In this document: positions 48,924 through 62,399 of the stretch, piece by piece
Layout of the letters: every line of letters begins with the position of its first letter
Numbering within the stretch: position 1 is the stretch's first letter
From: the human T2T-CHM13v2.0 reference genome, Homo sapiens
Assembly: GCF_009914755.1 (NCBI RefSeq)
Contig: NC_060926.1
DNA length: 64,000 nucleotides
Direction: 5' to 3' (one strand)
Made by a program: the position numbers and the translations under genes
Notes under the pieces: model-generated
Databases searched by the model: none
What the model was told of the DNA's origin: nothing
Seen by the model: only the letters and a program-made list of their open reading frames with translations

Positions 48924-49451
48924 CTGATGTATTTTCACTCCTTGAAATCTTTTCCCACTCATAGCCTCTTTGGCCTTTTTCCCTTACTGGGAAAGAGCAA
49001 TCTCATTTAGAGCAAAACATTGACCCTGAAAACAGTCTCTCTTCAGCCTTGAGATAATTGTCTTGAAAGCTAGGCTTTGGAGGGAGATAACAGGGATTTC
49101 TAAATTCCCAAAACTTCTTTAACTATCAGGAGAAAACTTGGATGTTTAAATGCTTCATATTTATTATAAATTACTTATTTTTAAATTTATTTAGCGCTTC
49201 AGTAGAGTAGAGAAACGCTTTAAAAAGAGAAAGATGGAGGAAGAGTTTGCCATCTTTTATTCTGAGAGGGGAGCAGGGAAAAGAGAAGTGAAGACGTGCT
49301 ACGAGGCTGGACAGTGTCTTGCTTCCTACACTGGGATCCAGCATTAGAAGAGAGGGTTTGGTAGTGTGTGGGGAAATCTCGGGGAAGTAGGAAATTGCTT
49401 CTTGCTTTTCTCAGGGTAGTGAAGGATACCATCAAGATACCATACTTACCA

Positions 49452-49968
49452 TGTATTTCTTTTCTATTGCTTCTGTAACAAATGACTGCAAACTTAGTGG
49501 TTTAAACAACATAAATTTATTGCCTTACAGTTCTGTAGGTGAGGAGTCAGAAAAGAGTCTCCCTGGCTTAAAAATGAAGGGGTCAGTAGGGCTGTGTTTC
49601 CTTCTGGAAGCTCTCAGGGGGAGTCCATTTCCTTGTGTTTTCTGCTTCTAGAGGCCACCTGCATTCCTTGGCTTGTGGCTCCTTCTTTCATCTTCATAGG
49701 CAGCACAGGTCTGGTTGATTCCTTCTCACATCACATCCCTCTGACTCTGACACTTCTGCCTCCTGTCTCCACTTTTAAGGACACTTGTGATTACTTTGGA
49801 CTCATTTTAGATAATCCAGGATTACCTTCTCATCTCAAGGTCAGCTGATTAGCAACCTTGATTTCTTCTGCAAACTTAATTCCCTATTGCCAAGTAACAT
49901 ATTCACGGGGCCTGGGGATTGGAACATGGATCTCTTTTGGGGTCTGGGCCCTTATTCTGCCCACTACA
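49452..49968 (-). mobile_element. MLT1D MaLR solo LTR
   Basis: CTTCTAGAGGCCACCTGCATTCCTTGGCTTGTGG...AAGGTCAGCTGATTAGCAACCTT...TATTCTGCCCACTACA. Confidence 0.88.
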
Positions 49969-50032
49969 GATGGGCAGCCTGGGACAATCTGTATGCCCCT
50001 AGTTTGGTACAATGCTTGAATGACATGGTGCT

Positions 50033-50388
50033 TAATATGGTTTGGCTCTGTGTCCCCACCCAAATCTCACCTTGAATTGTAATAATCCCCACATGTCAAG
50101 GGCAGGAACAGGTGGAGATAATTGAATCATTGGGTCAGTTACCCTCATGCCGTTCTTGTGATAGTGAGTGAGTTCTCACGAGATCTGATGGTTTTATAAG
50201 GGGCTTCCTCCTTCACTCGGCTCTCATTCACTCTCCTGCTGCCCTATGAAGAGGTGACTTCCACCATGATTGTAACTTTCCTGAGGCCTCCCCAGCCATG
50301 CAGACTGTGAGTCGATTAAACCTATTTTCTTTATAAATTACCCAGTCTTGGGCAGTTCTTTGTAACAGTGTGAGAATGGACTAATACA
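50033..50388 (+). mobile_element. THE1 (THE1D-like) solo LTR
   Basis: ATATGGTTTGGCTCTGTGTCCCCACCCAAATCTCA...ATGGACTAATACA; TSD GTGCT/GTGTT. Confidence 0.92.
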
Positions 50389-50931
50389 GTGTTGCATGGG
50401 CAGTAGTTTCATGATGGTTAGGAGAGTTGTCTAGGTGGGTGGACAGAGGGCAGTTTTTCAGAGCCCTGCAAAATATTAAGAAGGAAGCCATGAGTTCCCA
50501 CACCTTTCAGGAAAAAACCGAGATGCAGAAAAAGTGGGCTTCAGGGAGGTTTGGGCTCAGGAAGAAGAGTCTTTAATGGTGAGGACTTTAGAAGAACCGG
50601 AAGAACCAGCTACACCTCAGCACCAGCCCCTATGACCAGGCAAGGGCATGACTAACTGCAAGGGCCCGTATGAATCATGGGCACTCTCACTGCATGAGCA
50701 CGTACAAGCTTCACCTGGACACACTTGAAAAGGAAAATGTGGAGGGGTTAGAAATCTGGAATCATTGAGTGTTACCCAAAAGGGACTAAGTTAGACTCCA
50801 ATTAGGCTTCCAATTAAAAATGTAAATATTTTTTCTACCATCAAAAGTAATAGGAGTCTAGAGAAAGATAGAATTAATTTTGCATGGCATATGTATTTTG
50901 TTCTTTGTTGCCCAATATATATGGCAAGCTC

Positions 50932-50982
50932 TGTGTGAGTGTCTGTGTGTGTGTGTGTGTGTATGTATGTGGGTGTGGGTGT
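50932..50982. repeat. imperfect (TG)n
   Basis: direct reading. Confidence 0.85.
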
Positions 50983-52724
50983 TACTTAAATTGTACTTTT
51001 ATTTGGTGTAGGCCTGGAGTTGCATTTGACCAGCAAAGAAGCTGTTTGTACTTAGATAGTAAGTTCATTTGAGGGAGAGGCAGGCTTCGAGAGGTATCTT
51101 CTGAACCTCTCAACAACCCCACCGTGGCAGTGGGTTGTGATCAATTCAGCAGCAAAAACGATCATTCAGCACTCAGGTGTTTCATAATTATTGGCATATG
51201 TAAAGTAGATTTTTTGGGACAAAGATACAGATTATATCAGTTACACCAAAGGCATGACTTTTGCTATAGGTCATTAGTTCAAAAATTTGTTCTTAAAGGT
51301 CAGTTTATTTTTAATATTATAGCTTGGAGTTACAATAATTGGGAGTTCAAACTTGAAAATCTATTTCATACCTCTAGCAATGGGTTTATTGCAAAAATGC
51401 ACATTGTTTATTAAAGCTCTGAGTCTAGTATTCCAATACAGTAAGATGTTGGTTTGAAAATGAAAGTATTTCTGAGGATAACTTTGCATCCTCTGGTGAG
51501 ATTTATGTTGCAATTTAAGCAGCTGCCTGAAATTCAATAGAATATGAAATTATTACAAAGTGCACATAGTGAAACTAGCATTAGAGAAAAGCCTCTTGAA
51601 AATGAAATATTATTTTTTTTTACTAAGGCATAAAAGGAGTGGGCTATAAGACATTGAAAACTTAGTAAATTCCAGCCATTATGTTATGTTTTAATCATAG
51701 AGTATTGAAGGCTATCTCGCCAACCAACTTCGTTTTCAAATTAAAAAAAATGGCCAGGTATTAATGTTGAAAAAATTGCAAATACATTAAAAATATTTGT
51801 TGTTTTTTTCTTTTCCTTTCTTTCTTTTTCTCTTTCTATTAATGTGAACCTCTAGCTATATTTAGTGTTCTAGATTATGATCTGTAGCATGAAGCTTATT
51901 CTAGGAACCATGGAATAACTCTATAGTGGATCATCTACCCGAGGGGAAGCTTTGGTTCTCTCTGACCAGGATAGGAAAGCAGAAGCAGCTCAGCCAGTTG
52001 TGTAGCGGGAGGAGAGGGATTTGGGGATCACCCAGAAGAGATGCTGAAGGATGATTTGGAGTTTGTCAGGTGGGAACAGTGGGATGCCTGGGAAGGCACA
52101 CCTAGCAGATGGACAGTGGGAAAGGTTACATTTAGGAAAATTTCTGTGTTGGGAGATAGGCACAGTGAGCACCTCCTAGGCATGAGAGCTTATAAAGTAT
52201 AACACTTTGTAAAGTATTCTATTTATGAGAAAAGTAACTTAAAATGCATCACAGTGCTTTCAACAAAATAAAATCCTTAAGAAGAGACTTTGACTTCTAG
52301 GATATCTGGGACTCAGCTGAGAGCAGTGATTTAGGGCTTTTTCATGTTTTTTAACACCATTTTCCTAGCTGCAGGTAGAGGATTTTGTTATCATACAATA
52401 TACGACAGAGAACCTTCACAAATTTGGTTTAGGGGAAGCTGGGATCTCAACACATGGTGGAAAGGGAGATGATGAAATTGAGTAAAATTAGGGATTCAGT
52501 CTAGGGCTTAAAAAAAGAAAGAGCCAGAAGTCTAATAAATATCACAGTCAGTGGTGACTGAGTTAAGATGCACCTTGTTCTTATCTGAGAGATATTGATG
52601 CATAAGTGGGGCATGGCAGTAGTGATTTTCTGCTTTTCATAACCTCTCAATTATATTATTGCAATGACTTGTTGATTGGTTTTCAATGTCCATAATGTTT
52701 CCCCACCAGGCTTTTCTATAACCG

Positions 52725-52890
52725 TCCTTCTCCAACTTTAATGTGCTACATGTTACCTGGGGATCTTGTCAACATGCAATTCTGATCCTATAGGTGTGGA
52801 GCGGGGGTGCTGAGAGTCTGTATTCTAACAAGCTAATGCTATTGTATGTTGATGCTGCTGGCCTGGGAAGCACATGTTGAGTAGTAAGGT
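52725..52890. mobile_element. MER5-family hAT-Charlie fossil
   Basis: ACCTGGGGATCTTGT...TTCTAACAAGCT...TGATGCTGCTGG. Confidence 0.7.
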
Positions 52891-53138
52891 CTACACAATG
52901 TTGTTAGAGCTTCTCATTACCAAAATTCTCTTATGAAATATTTTCCTGCTCAAACTCCTTCTATGACTCTCAAAGGTCCGCCCTTACTAAGTTAAAAAAT
53001 CTTCATCTTAATATGTGTGTAACGTGGCTCCAAACTCTCTTCTCATTTACATCTCTCATGAATCCCCTACTGATTGCTACGCACTGCCTCACCTGGTAAA
53101 GTTTTCTGATCTTTCTTCTTTACCTGGAAAAACATTGA

Positions 53139-53559
<421 letters not shown>

Positions 53560-54921
53560 TCTTATCTTCTCTTTTGGACGTCTAGGCTGCTGGTGGCTGT
53601 GTTTGTGTCTTACTCCTTTTTGAATCCCTGTAGCATCTAATTACATGCTAGCTATTGCCATTTTTATGGAATTGAATCTTGTTTTAATCATTACACACAT
53701 CAATTATGACATTTTGCTGTAAGAGAAAAGTGCTACCAGCAGTGAATACTTCATTTAGATTATTTACTTTATATTAACAACTGGCAATACTGCTTTCTTT
53801 TCATCATTTGTAATGATCATTTATCAGTATGTTTCAGTTAAAGTAGTTGTACCTGTTACTTTTAATTTACTGTCTTAAGTTATTAAACCAATTAATTTTC
53901 ATTTACCTATAATTCTAAGCCATTCTCTGGCCTAAAGGTAACCACTAGCCTCTCTTAAATACTAAAGTACAAGTGTTTTTATGGCAGTTAATCCTTTTTC
54001 ACTTATTTTCTCTGTTACCATCTGTGTTGTGGATACTTAGAGCTGCCAGAAGTTAAGCTGTTTTTTGTTTTTAACATTCCATAAGAAATGCTTGTGTAAA
54101 TGTATTGAATAATGACCATGACATTTTTCTTTACAGCTAAATAGACTTTGATTAAATTCCACAAATGTTAATTAGACGCCTACTGCACAAGCCACTGTGG
54201 GTGATACAAAAATGAATAACACATAGTTCCTGCCAAATGGGAACTTTCATTCTATGCAACCACTTGGAGCAGCATATAACTCCCTTCCATTTTATGTTTC
54301 CTTCTTGCAGGGGTGAAAGGTAGATAGTAACAGATGGAACTTCTCATTTTATTCAGCTTGCAATTTTGATAATCACCAAATGAGATAATTCTGTTTTACA
54401 TTATAAATTGTTTCACTGTACCAGAGTCTTACTAAACTATGGTTGACTCATTTTTCACAGGTGGTTGCATTGTATAATAGCTACCATATTAAAATGCAGA
54501 ATTGGGCCAAAAGATTTTATTTACATATGGTGTTCATTTTTTTTAATGTTAAAATTGTTTTAAGCGAGCCATTTAAAAATGAATCCTTTTTAAAAACTTA
54601 ATGATCTAGCCTCAAGGCATGAGACAGTGAGTTGAAATGAATGCTTTTAAATGATCATGTGCAACTCTAGATGTCAGCTAGATATCTCAGAATTAACAGA
54701 ATCAAAAGTCAACTCTTGATTCTTGCACTTTCTCTATGAATTTGACTTTTCTAGTTACCTCATATAAGTGGATTCATAAAGTATTTGTTTTTCTGTGACC
54801 TTTTAACTTTAATGCTATTTATTTTTAATATTGGGAAACTGGAAAGAATTTAATAAAAAATAAAGTAATTAAATAAAGTATAATATTCCCATACCTTTGA
54901 TAACATGCAATTATTTTTACA

Positions 54922-55231
54922 TTTTATTTTTGTTTTTTTGAACAAGGTCTTGCTCTGTGGCCCAGGCTGGTGTGCAGTAGCAAGATTACAGCTGACTGCA
55001 GCCTTGACCTCCCAGGCTCAAGTGATCCTCCCATCTCAGCACCCCCTTCACGCTACCCTGAGTAGTTGGACTACAGGCATGTAATACCACATCTGGCAAA
55101 TTTGCTTATTTTTTATAGAGACACAGTCTCACTATGTTGCTTAGGTTGGTCTTGAACTCCTGGGCTCAAGGCATCCTTTTGCCTGGGTCTTCCAAAGTGT
55201 TGGTCTTACAGACATGAGCCACTGCACTTGA
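54922..55231 (-). mobile_element. AluJ, diverged
   Basis: GCAGCCTTGACCTCCCAGGCTCAAGTGATCCTCCC; CTCCTGGGCTCAAG. Confidence 0.9.
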
Positions 55232-55539
55232 TCATTTATTTATTTTATAACACAGGTGTAGGCGTGCTGACCAGGCAAGAGGAAATAATGACTTAGACAA
55301 ATATTGCTATCTTGGGTACAGGTAGTAAGGACCAGCCAGAGTCTAGACACGTTCTGAAGTTTGTGTCAATAGTGTAGTGGATATAGGACAGAACAATGAC
55401 ACCAGTGTTTTTGGCCTGTAGAAAGGGAAGACTGAAAATACCATTTCCTGCGATTGAAAGATGGCAAGAAGAGCAGGTTAGAATAGTTTCTGCTTTTATG
55501 ATGGTTGAGTTTTTAAAAAACATCCAAAGATAATACAAA

Positions 55540-56210
55540 ACATTGTATTTTATATAATAAAAAATATGTAATATAAATATAAATGTAATATAGGTAATAT
55601 AAATATAAACAATCTAATAGAAAAATGAGCAAAGGGCTTGAACAAAACAGGAGATGAAATTTTTACAGAGTAAGAATGTATAAATGTTCTATGCACTAGA
55701 AATCATACCAATTCATCTTTAAGTAATGAGACACTGGTTTTCATCTATCAAAGTAACAAAATTTTTAAAAGTGATAAAACTTCAGCTGGTGTGTGGAAGC
55801 ATTGCTCAAAAGAATGTAAATTGGCATAGTCCTTTAGATAGTCAATTCGGCAATATGTTTGAAAAATGTGTAAAATATTAATATTGTTTAACCTAGAAAT
55901 GTAACTTTTAGGAAATTTTTCCTAAGAAAATAGTCAGAATGTACACAAAGATTTACACAGTGGTATTTACAGAGAGAACTATCTAACTGCTTAAAAATTA
56001 GGGTGGGACTTCTTAAAAAAAGATACATCAATATAGAGAACACTATGTTGACATTAAATTTCATGACATGGGGCAATAATGTCCACACATACTGTGTATG
56101 TATATTAAAATGATCTGCTTGGTGAAACAAGTTGAGCACCAAAGATATTTTTATAAAGGACAGTGGGGAGAAATTAGAAATGACTGGCACTAATAAAGAT
56201 GGTTTAAAAT
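55540..56210 (+). mobile_element. ancient L1ME 3' fragment
   Basis: ACAATCTAATAGAAAAATGAGCAAAGGGCTTGAACA; GAATGTAAATTGG. Confidence 0.6.
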
Positions 56211-58323
56211 ATCTTTGCAAGCCTTTTGATGTTGCTTCAAAAGCAGTAAGTTGTGATCGGACAGGTTAACAAAGAGCTGAATGCACGGATTACTGCGCAG
56301 ATAATGCGCGTCTGCCATACTCGGGGGCATGATTTCAGTATGAAGAAAAAATGCCGACCTTTGTCTTGTATGTCTGACAAGAAGAAAAAAATGCCACTCC
56401 CCTCCAAGCTGGATGTTCTGTGAAGCCAAAGATTTACAGTCTAATGAAACCTCCACCACAGTTATTACGGTGTCAGAATTCTTGCCTTTGTTTGGTATGC
56501 AATAAACATTTTTGGTCTATTTTGGCTTCCCTCATGGCTCCAAATGTGCAGGGCTTTGCTCTTCCCTGCATTGTATTTAAAACTCAAACATGGAATTGCT
56601 CTAAACCCACAGCTACTCTTTTCTATCTTAGAAATAGGCCACGTGTTTTAAGAAGCAAAGTGCCTGAGACCATAATTACAGGAAGGGTTAATCTGCTAGG
56701 CTAAAGAAGCAAGAAGAGAAAAATCTCAGGAAAACTGAAAATCAGGGTTCCCTCTCCCCTGCACCCACAGTGGAATAGAGACGGGGAGAAGTGAGAGCCA
56801 GCTGTGCAGGAAGCAGCTCGTTTTTGTGGTCTGGCTGTCAGATTGTGTTTACTAAACCAAGCAGCTTCCCACCCACTGCTTTCTCTCTTCTGAGGGCTAC
56901 TGCAGCCACCAAAGGGCAGCAGAGGGGCTGGCCCCAGGGGGAAAAGACATGTAAAAATATGCATAGTTGCCAAGAACCAGATGCTATTTTCCAAACTGTT
57001 TTGCTCAACAGGGAAAGTAAGCTTATTGCAGCAAGTTGTGTTGGTGCCACAAGATGCCACCCTTCCCTTGAAAAGAAGAGACTAAAGGTAACTAAATTCT
57101 ATGCAAGTGTTTTATGAGTCCATCTCCCCCACTTCTATATCTGTAGGTTTATCTCGAATGAAGGAACAGCAGTTGCATTTTGTTCTGCAACATTCTGGTG
57201 CCAGGAAAGAAACTAGTTCTTGTTAACAATTTCCAACACTCTTTTAAACTGCTATGGAAACACTACTTTTTCATTTTATCTGATAATGGATTACGATTTT
57301 GTGTGCAAGTTTTATTAGTTTAGGTTCTTGGTCTTAGCCTAGCTTTTGATATATAGTCAAGCTAGTACAAAAGGCCACAACATAACATATTGTCACTATC
57401 CACCATTTAAAAATTTTTAAGCTTCCAATTTCTCCAAGAGAGTTGTTTAGCTCTGTTGTCTGTGGAAGCAAAAAATAATACGGGATTTGTTTTTGATAAT
57501 TTGTTTGATGGGTTATTTCTATGAAAAACCACATTTCTCTCTACCTCCATCAACACACGCTCACCTGATGGAAAGTAGAAGGCTGCCATACCAAAAGGTT
57601 ATTGACTTGTAAAATGGAAATCAGTGTAATTTACAATCAAATATTATTTGTATTCTCAGGTGAAATCAACACATACTTATTAATCATAATTCTTGAATTT
57701 ATCTTTGAGTTTTGCTAAAAACAAAATATCAGGAATTACTTATGTTTCTCTAGTCTTTTGCCTTTTACTTTCCAATAACCTTCTAGTCATAGTAAATCAG
57801 CCTGCTGCTGTCAGTGGTTAGTCTGCAGTCATCTTTCTGCATTGTTAGGAAAAATGAAATTTGGAAAATTTCAGTTATTCATCCTAAAGGGAAGCCATGA
57901 AATAGATGTGACTTTGAATGACTTATCTAACCTGTCAGTACCTCCATTTTGATATGTAAAATGAAGCATTTTACTGGCTGCTCTCTAAGTTGTCTTCTAC
58001 ACTTTTGAGGAGATTTTTATGACATCCCCTCATTAAAAACGCTCATGTCTAGAAGACTCTTGTGGTTAATGAGGAAATATTTGGAATTTGAAGGGATACC
58101 AATATTTATATTAAATTCAGATGTTATTCTTATAATCCTATTTCTCCAAACCATTCTGCCTCCTGGAGCAATGTCCTAAAAGTATAGCTACAGAAAGCTT
58201 GTCTACATATAGGTACACTAATTTTTGAGGTTGACATAACATGAAACATTTATATGTGTGTGTGTGTAATATATATATATGTACATGTATATGTACACAC
58301 ACACACACACACACATACATATC

Positions 58324-58453
58324 TTTTTTTTTTTTAAAGAAACAGGGTCTTGCTGTGTTGCCCAGGTTGGCCTTGAACTTCTGGGTTCAAGGGATCCTCC
58401 TGCCTCAGTGTCTGGAGTAGGTATGACTACAGGCACATGCCACCATGCTCAGC
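58324..58453 (-). mobile_element. FLAM (free left Alu monomer)
   Basis: monomer AGAAACAGGGTCTTGCTGTGTTGCCCAGG...CCACCATGCTCAGC. Confidence 0.85.
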
Positions 58454-58860
58454 TTATATTTCATCTTTATTTTTCCCTTTTGAAGTTTTGCCATGGAGAG
58501 GAGTCCAAAGAGTCTAAACACCTGATACTCCTCATCTGAGAAAAGCAGTTCAAATTTTTCTTTCTGCATATAATCTCTGTGGTTTGCACCATGTTTGTAA
58601 GATGAAACCATTTGTTTTAAACGGGCCATGTCTAGCCACACCAAGACTTGCTGTCTAAGTCAAAGGCATCCTAGGATGAGCTGGTCCTTGGAGAATCTGT
58701 GGGAAATCCTACCAAATATGGGGAACTCCATATTCATAGTGACAAGCCAAGTTTTCTATCTGTTGGGACATAAATGAGAAGATGACGGCTCACTAGAGTT
58801 TAAATCGTCTTTTCTTCCCAAGCCCTCTGTTTCCAGTTCCCCATTAGACTTGTTGTCTTG

Positions 58861-59054
58861 GATACCCAGTTAAATTTTAATTTCAGATAAAAAATAGATT
58901 TTGTGGGGGTGTATATCCCAAGTATTGCACATGTATTATACTAAAATTAAACTATTGTACTAAAGTATATTTTCTACGAGTCATCCTAAATAATTATTTT
59001 TTTAATCTGAAATTTAACTGGTATACTGCATTTTTATTTGCTAAATGCAACCCT
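58861..59054. mobile_element. MER53 palindromic MITE, partly degraded
   Basis: CCAGTTAAATTTTAATTTCAGAT ... ATCTGAAATTTAACTGG inverted arms; TTTATTTGCTAAATGCAACCCT terminus. Confidence 0.8.
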
Positions 59055-60599
59055 AAGTAGCACCCAAAGGAAATGTGAGGATGCTGAGATGGTTTCTGTG
59101 CTACACACATCTTTGTAAGGAATAGCAATAGACCCCTATTACCTGAAATGATGTAATATTCGTAAGATAAGAGTTCCCCGGTGTGTGGATTCACATTTCC
59201 CAGTGTAACCATATAGTTATATATTTTTTCAGAGTCTAAAAATTTTGTATTTTGCCTTTTCACTAAATATATACAATATTTCTATACCTATATCTTAAAA
59301 CTGCTAATTTCATGTTTTAGATAAATTACTTAACATTTCCCTATTATTAAATACTTAGGTTATATAGTTTTTCTACTATAAATATTATGGTAGGTTCTCG
59401 ATGCATATAGTACTTGATTTTTGTTAAACTGTTTTTCCAGAATAAATTCCTCGGAGTGAGATTAGTAGTCATAGGGAATAAAGTGGTCAAATTACGTCTG
59501 AATGATCACATTCAGATTTTTCTTTTCATCCTTTGTTAGAAGGGGGTACATACTGGGAAATAAGAAGAGATAGGAGAAATGCATATGGATGCAATTTTAA
59601 GTCTTACTAGTTCTGCAAGTGAACAATCCCTTTACAAAAATATTTTAACTTTCTTAGAGGAAGCCATTTCTATTTTCACCACTGGTAGTAAAAAAAAAAC
59701 AGGCATGAAAATGGTTTTAAAAAATTCAGCTGAACATGAAATATTTTAGTAACCTATAACATTATTCTGTCATCCATTTCTTTCCGGTATGCCACCAGGC
59801 TTCTCTGATGATCATGAGAGACCCCATAGCTGCTCCTAGGCCATGTGATTGCTTCTTAAACACATTTTCAGTGGTTACATTGTCAGAAGAAGCTGCAGCG
59901 TGTGCCTGCTCAGAAACTCATCATCCACGTCTCCTGCAATGTGTTGGAGATGGGAAATAGGTTTGCAAAAATTCTACAACAAGCTGGTTCAAGTGATAAG
60001 TGCCTCAACAATGCGCAATTGATTAATAATCGTATCCAGAAAGGGGAAGGAAACACAACAAACCAGGCAGAACTATTTTCTGTTAAGGGGGGGAAAAAAA
60101 AAAAAAAGATCAGGGGAAGATTGGGGAAGGCAAATATAAGGTAAAGTAGGTGCCCAGGAGGATATAATTGTAGTTTATTCTCTTTTTAAACTTTGAATAT
60201 CATTTAAGTGACTTAAAAATCAAACAAGATAAAATGGAATGAAATAAAATATATAAAAGTATAAAGACTCCAAACTAGGTTTCTTTCTAGTTGCAGTGTC
60301 TGGCTAACCTCAGCTTTATGCGGTTAGAATTAAGCCACCATCAGGATATACCTTATTATTTACAGCTTTCAGGGCAATGTCATAAGCAGATAGCTTAGGT
60401 TTTGCTGGGAATACTGTGCTGTAAGAAATTAAGCTTTAATGAGAACTACAGTGCAACAGTATTTCAATATAGAGAAATAATGAGAGGAATATAGTTTAAC
60501 AAAAAGGCCTGCTAGGTCCTAAACCATCTTCTTCAGTGACCTTGCTTGAAAAAGGTCCTCCTTCTTACTAACCAAGCTGTAGTTTAGTTAGGAGTTATG

Positions 60600-60815
60600 T
60601 CAGCATTTACCAAATTGTTTTCACAGGGAAGACTGCTACAGTAGTTCATCATGATGTTAATGACTGATCTCCAAAAGTGGGGTAAAATAAGCTGGGGAAA
60701 GTTAATTGCTACATACTCCTCCCTTGCAGATCCACAATACACCCTAGAATATTGAGAAATTCTGCAGTAGAAAAACCTGTTTAACTTTATTTGACTTATA
60801 GCATCCCAAACTTAG
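60600..60815. mobile_element. hAT-Charlie fossil (MER112/113-like)
   Basis: TGAGAAATTCTGCAGTAGAAAAACCTGTTTAACTTT...CCCAAACTTA. Confidence 0.55.
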
Positions 60816-61976
60816 AGTAAGAAAGTCATTTTTGTACAATTCTGATAAATGTTTCAAGGAATACTGATAATCTAAAGAATAATTTATGCACAACTCTAAG
60901 TTAAAGTAATATCTCTCAATCCCAAACAAAGGTGTATAGGTAGAGTTGCTTGGAGAGCAATTTTCAAACTAATTTTCAATGTATTTTGTAGGTCTTGTAG
61001 CTTGTTCTACTCATCTAGAGCTTGTGTACATCTGCTAAGTCACCTGGGGTGAGTCATCTATCATTTTCTTTGGAGATTTGAATCTCTAGCAGGAAAATAA
61101 AGGAGAAGGGTAAAGGTGGCCCAGGCTTTATGTTCATTTATCCTTTTTGTTAAACTACGGCTTTAGAATAGAAAGGAGGGCGACGAAGTGAGCTGGCTAT
61201 AAATATAGCTTAGCAGAGCAGAATTTTGTCTACTAAATCATGACTTCTGAACAAAACGGCAAGACAAAATAAAAAAGACAAAATACATTTTATGAACATC
61301 AAGATGGACATGGTTAGAAAAATAATGTTTAGATGGTTAAAGGTCTCAATACTGAATTGGCCAGAGGGAGCAGAAGACTGGTACGGAAGGGAAAATCAGG
61401 TTCTATGGGGGATAATGCATGACAGAGAAGGGAGTAGCCCAGTGGAGGTGGTGGTGAATTATTTTCATTTGAGATTGCAGTGAAATGATTTGGAAATAAT
61501 ATGTATCATTTCAGATGTCTAACTACTGATGTTTAGACTGTGAAGTAAAAAAGAACATTTTAAGTTTTCTAACAATGGATAAACTCGTTATTCAGTTAAG
61601 TGAATAAATATCAATTATCTACCATGCATAGTACAGTAAAAAAGAATTTTAGAATATAAAAGACAAATTCTTCTTTCAAAGAAGGAGTACTATAAATGCT
61701 TTAGTAATATAATAAAATAATGTGGTATTAGAGGCATCCATAAAATAAAAAGGAAAGAAGTACATAGTGTACAAATAACTCATATAAGGCACAGAATACT
61801 ATCATTTTTGAGCAGAAAAATAATGTAATTATGATGGAGTTTTGAAATATTAGTCCACCAGTGATAACCAGAATGGGTTAGAACACTGAGAGTGGGGATA
61901 AAGAGAACAGAGAAATAAGAGTGGCTAAAAGCCTTGATTTGCAAAATAAGAAAATGACAGATTTTAGGAATTAAAT

Positions 61977-62173
61977 CAGGGGGTCAGCAAAATTTCCTGT
62001 AAAGAGCCAGATAGTAAGGATTTTGGCTTTGCAGGCCATATGGTTTCTATAGTGTGCAAGCAGGTATAGGAATTATACAAATAGGTGTGGTTGTTGTTTT
62101 CTAGTAAAACTTTATTTACAAAAACAAGTGGCAGGCCTGATTTGTTCCACAGCCTGTAGTTTTCCCACCCTTG
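61977..62173 (+). mobile_element. MER58A with intact TSD
   Basis: CAGGGGTCAGCAAA...TTTCCCACCCTTG; perfect 8-bp TSD AATTAAAT at 61969-61976 and 62174-62181. Confidence 0.92.
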
Positions 62174-62399
62174 AATTAAATAAAGGAAGTTTAAAATCAA
62201 CTGCTGGTGAAAATATAAAATCTGTAACTACATATCATAAGATAAGCTGCATCATAAGGAACTTTGATGTTTATCTTTAGGAACAATGAAAAAAATCATC
62301 GTTTATTAATCTAATTTAAAGTAGAGTAATTTGGGTTTCCATATCCAAAAATGGCAAATCAGATTGTTATAGACCAACTCTTCCATTAAAAAAACTAGA

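Noticed and set aside
51089-51139. Two adjacent small hairpins
   Set aside because: Stems of 6-9 bp, too small for an H/ACA or miRNA structure, and no boxes.
54120-54465. Several strong + strand splice-acceptor-like sites (e.g. TTCCTTCTTGCAG at 54310)
   Set aside because: No convincing paired donor or reading frame; such sites are common in T-rich introns.
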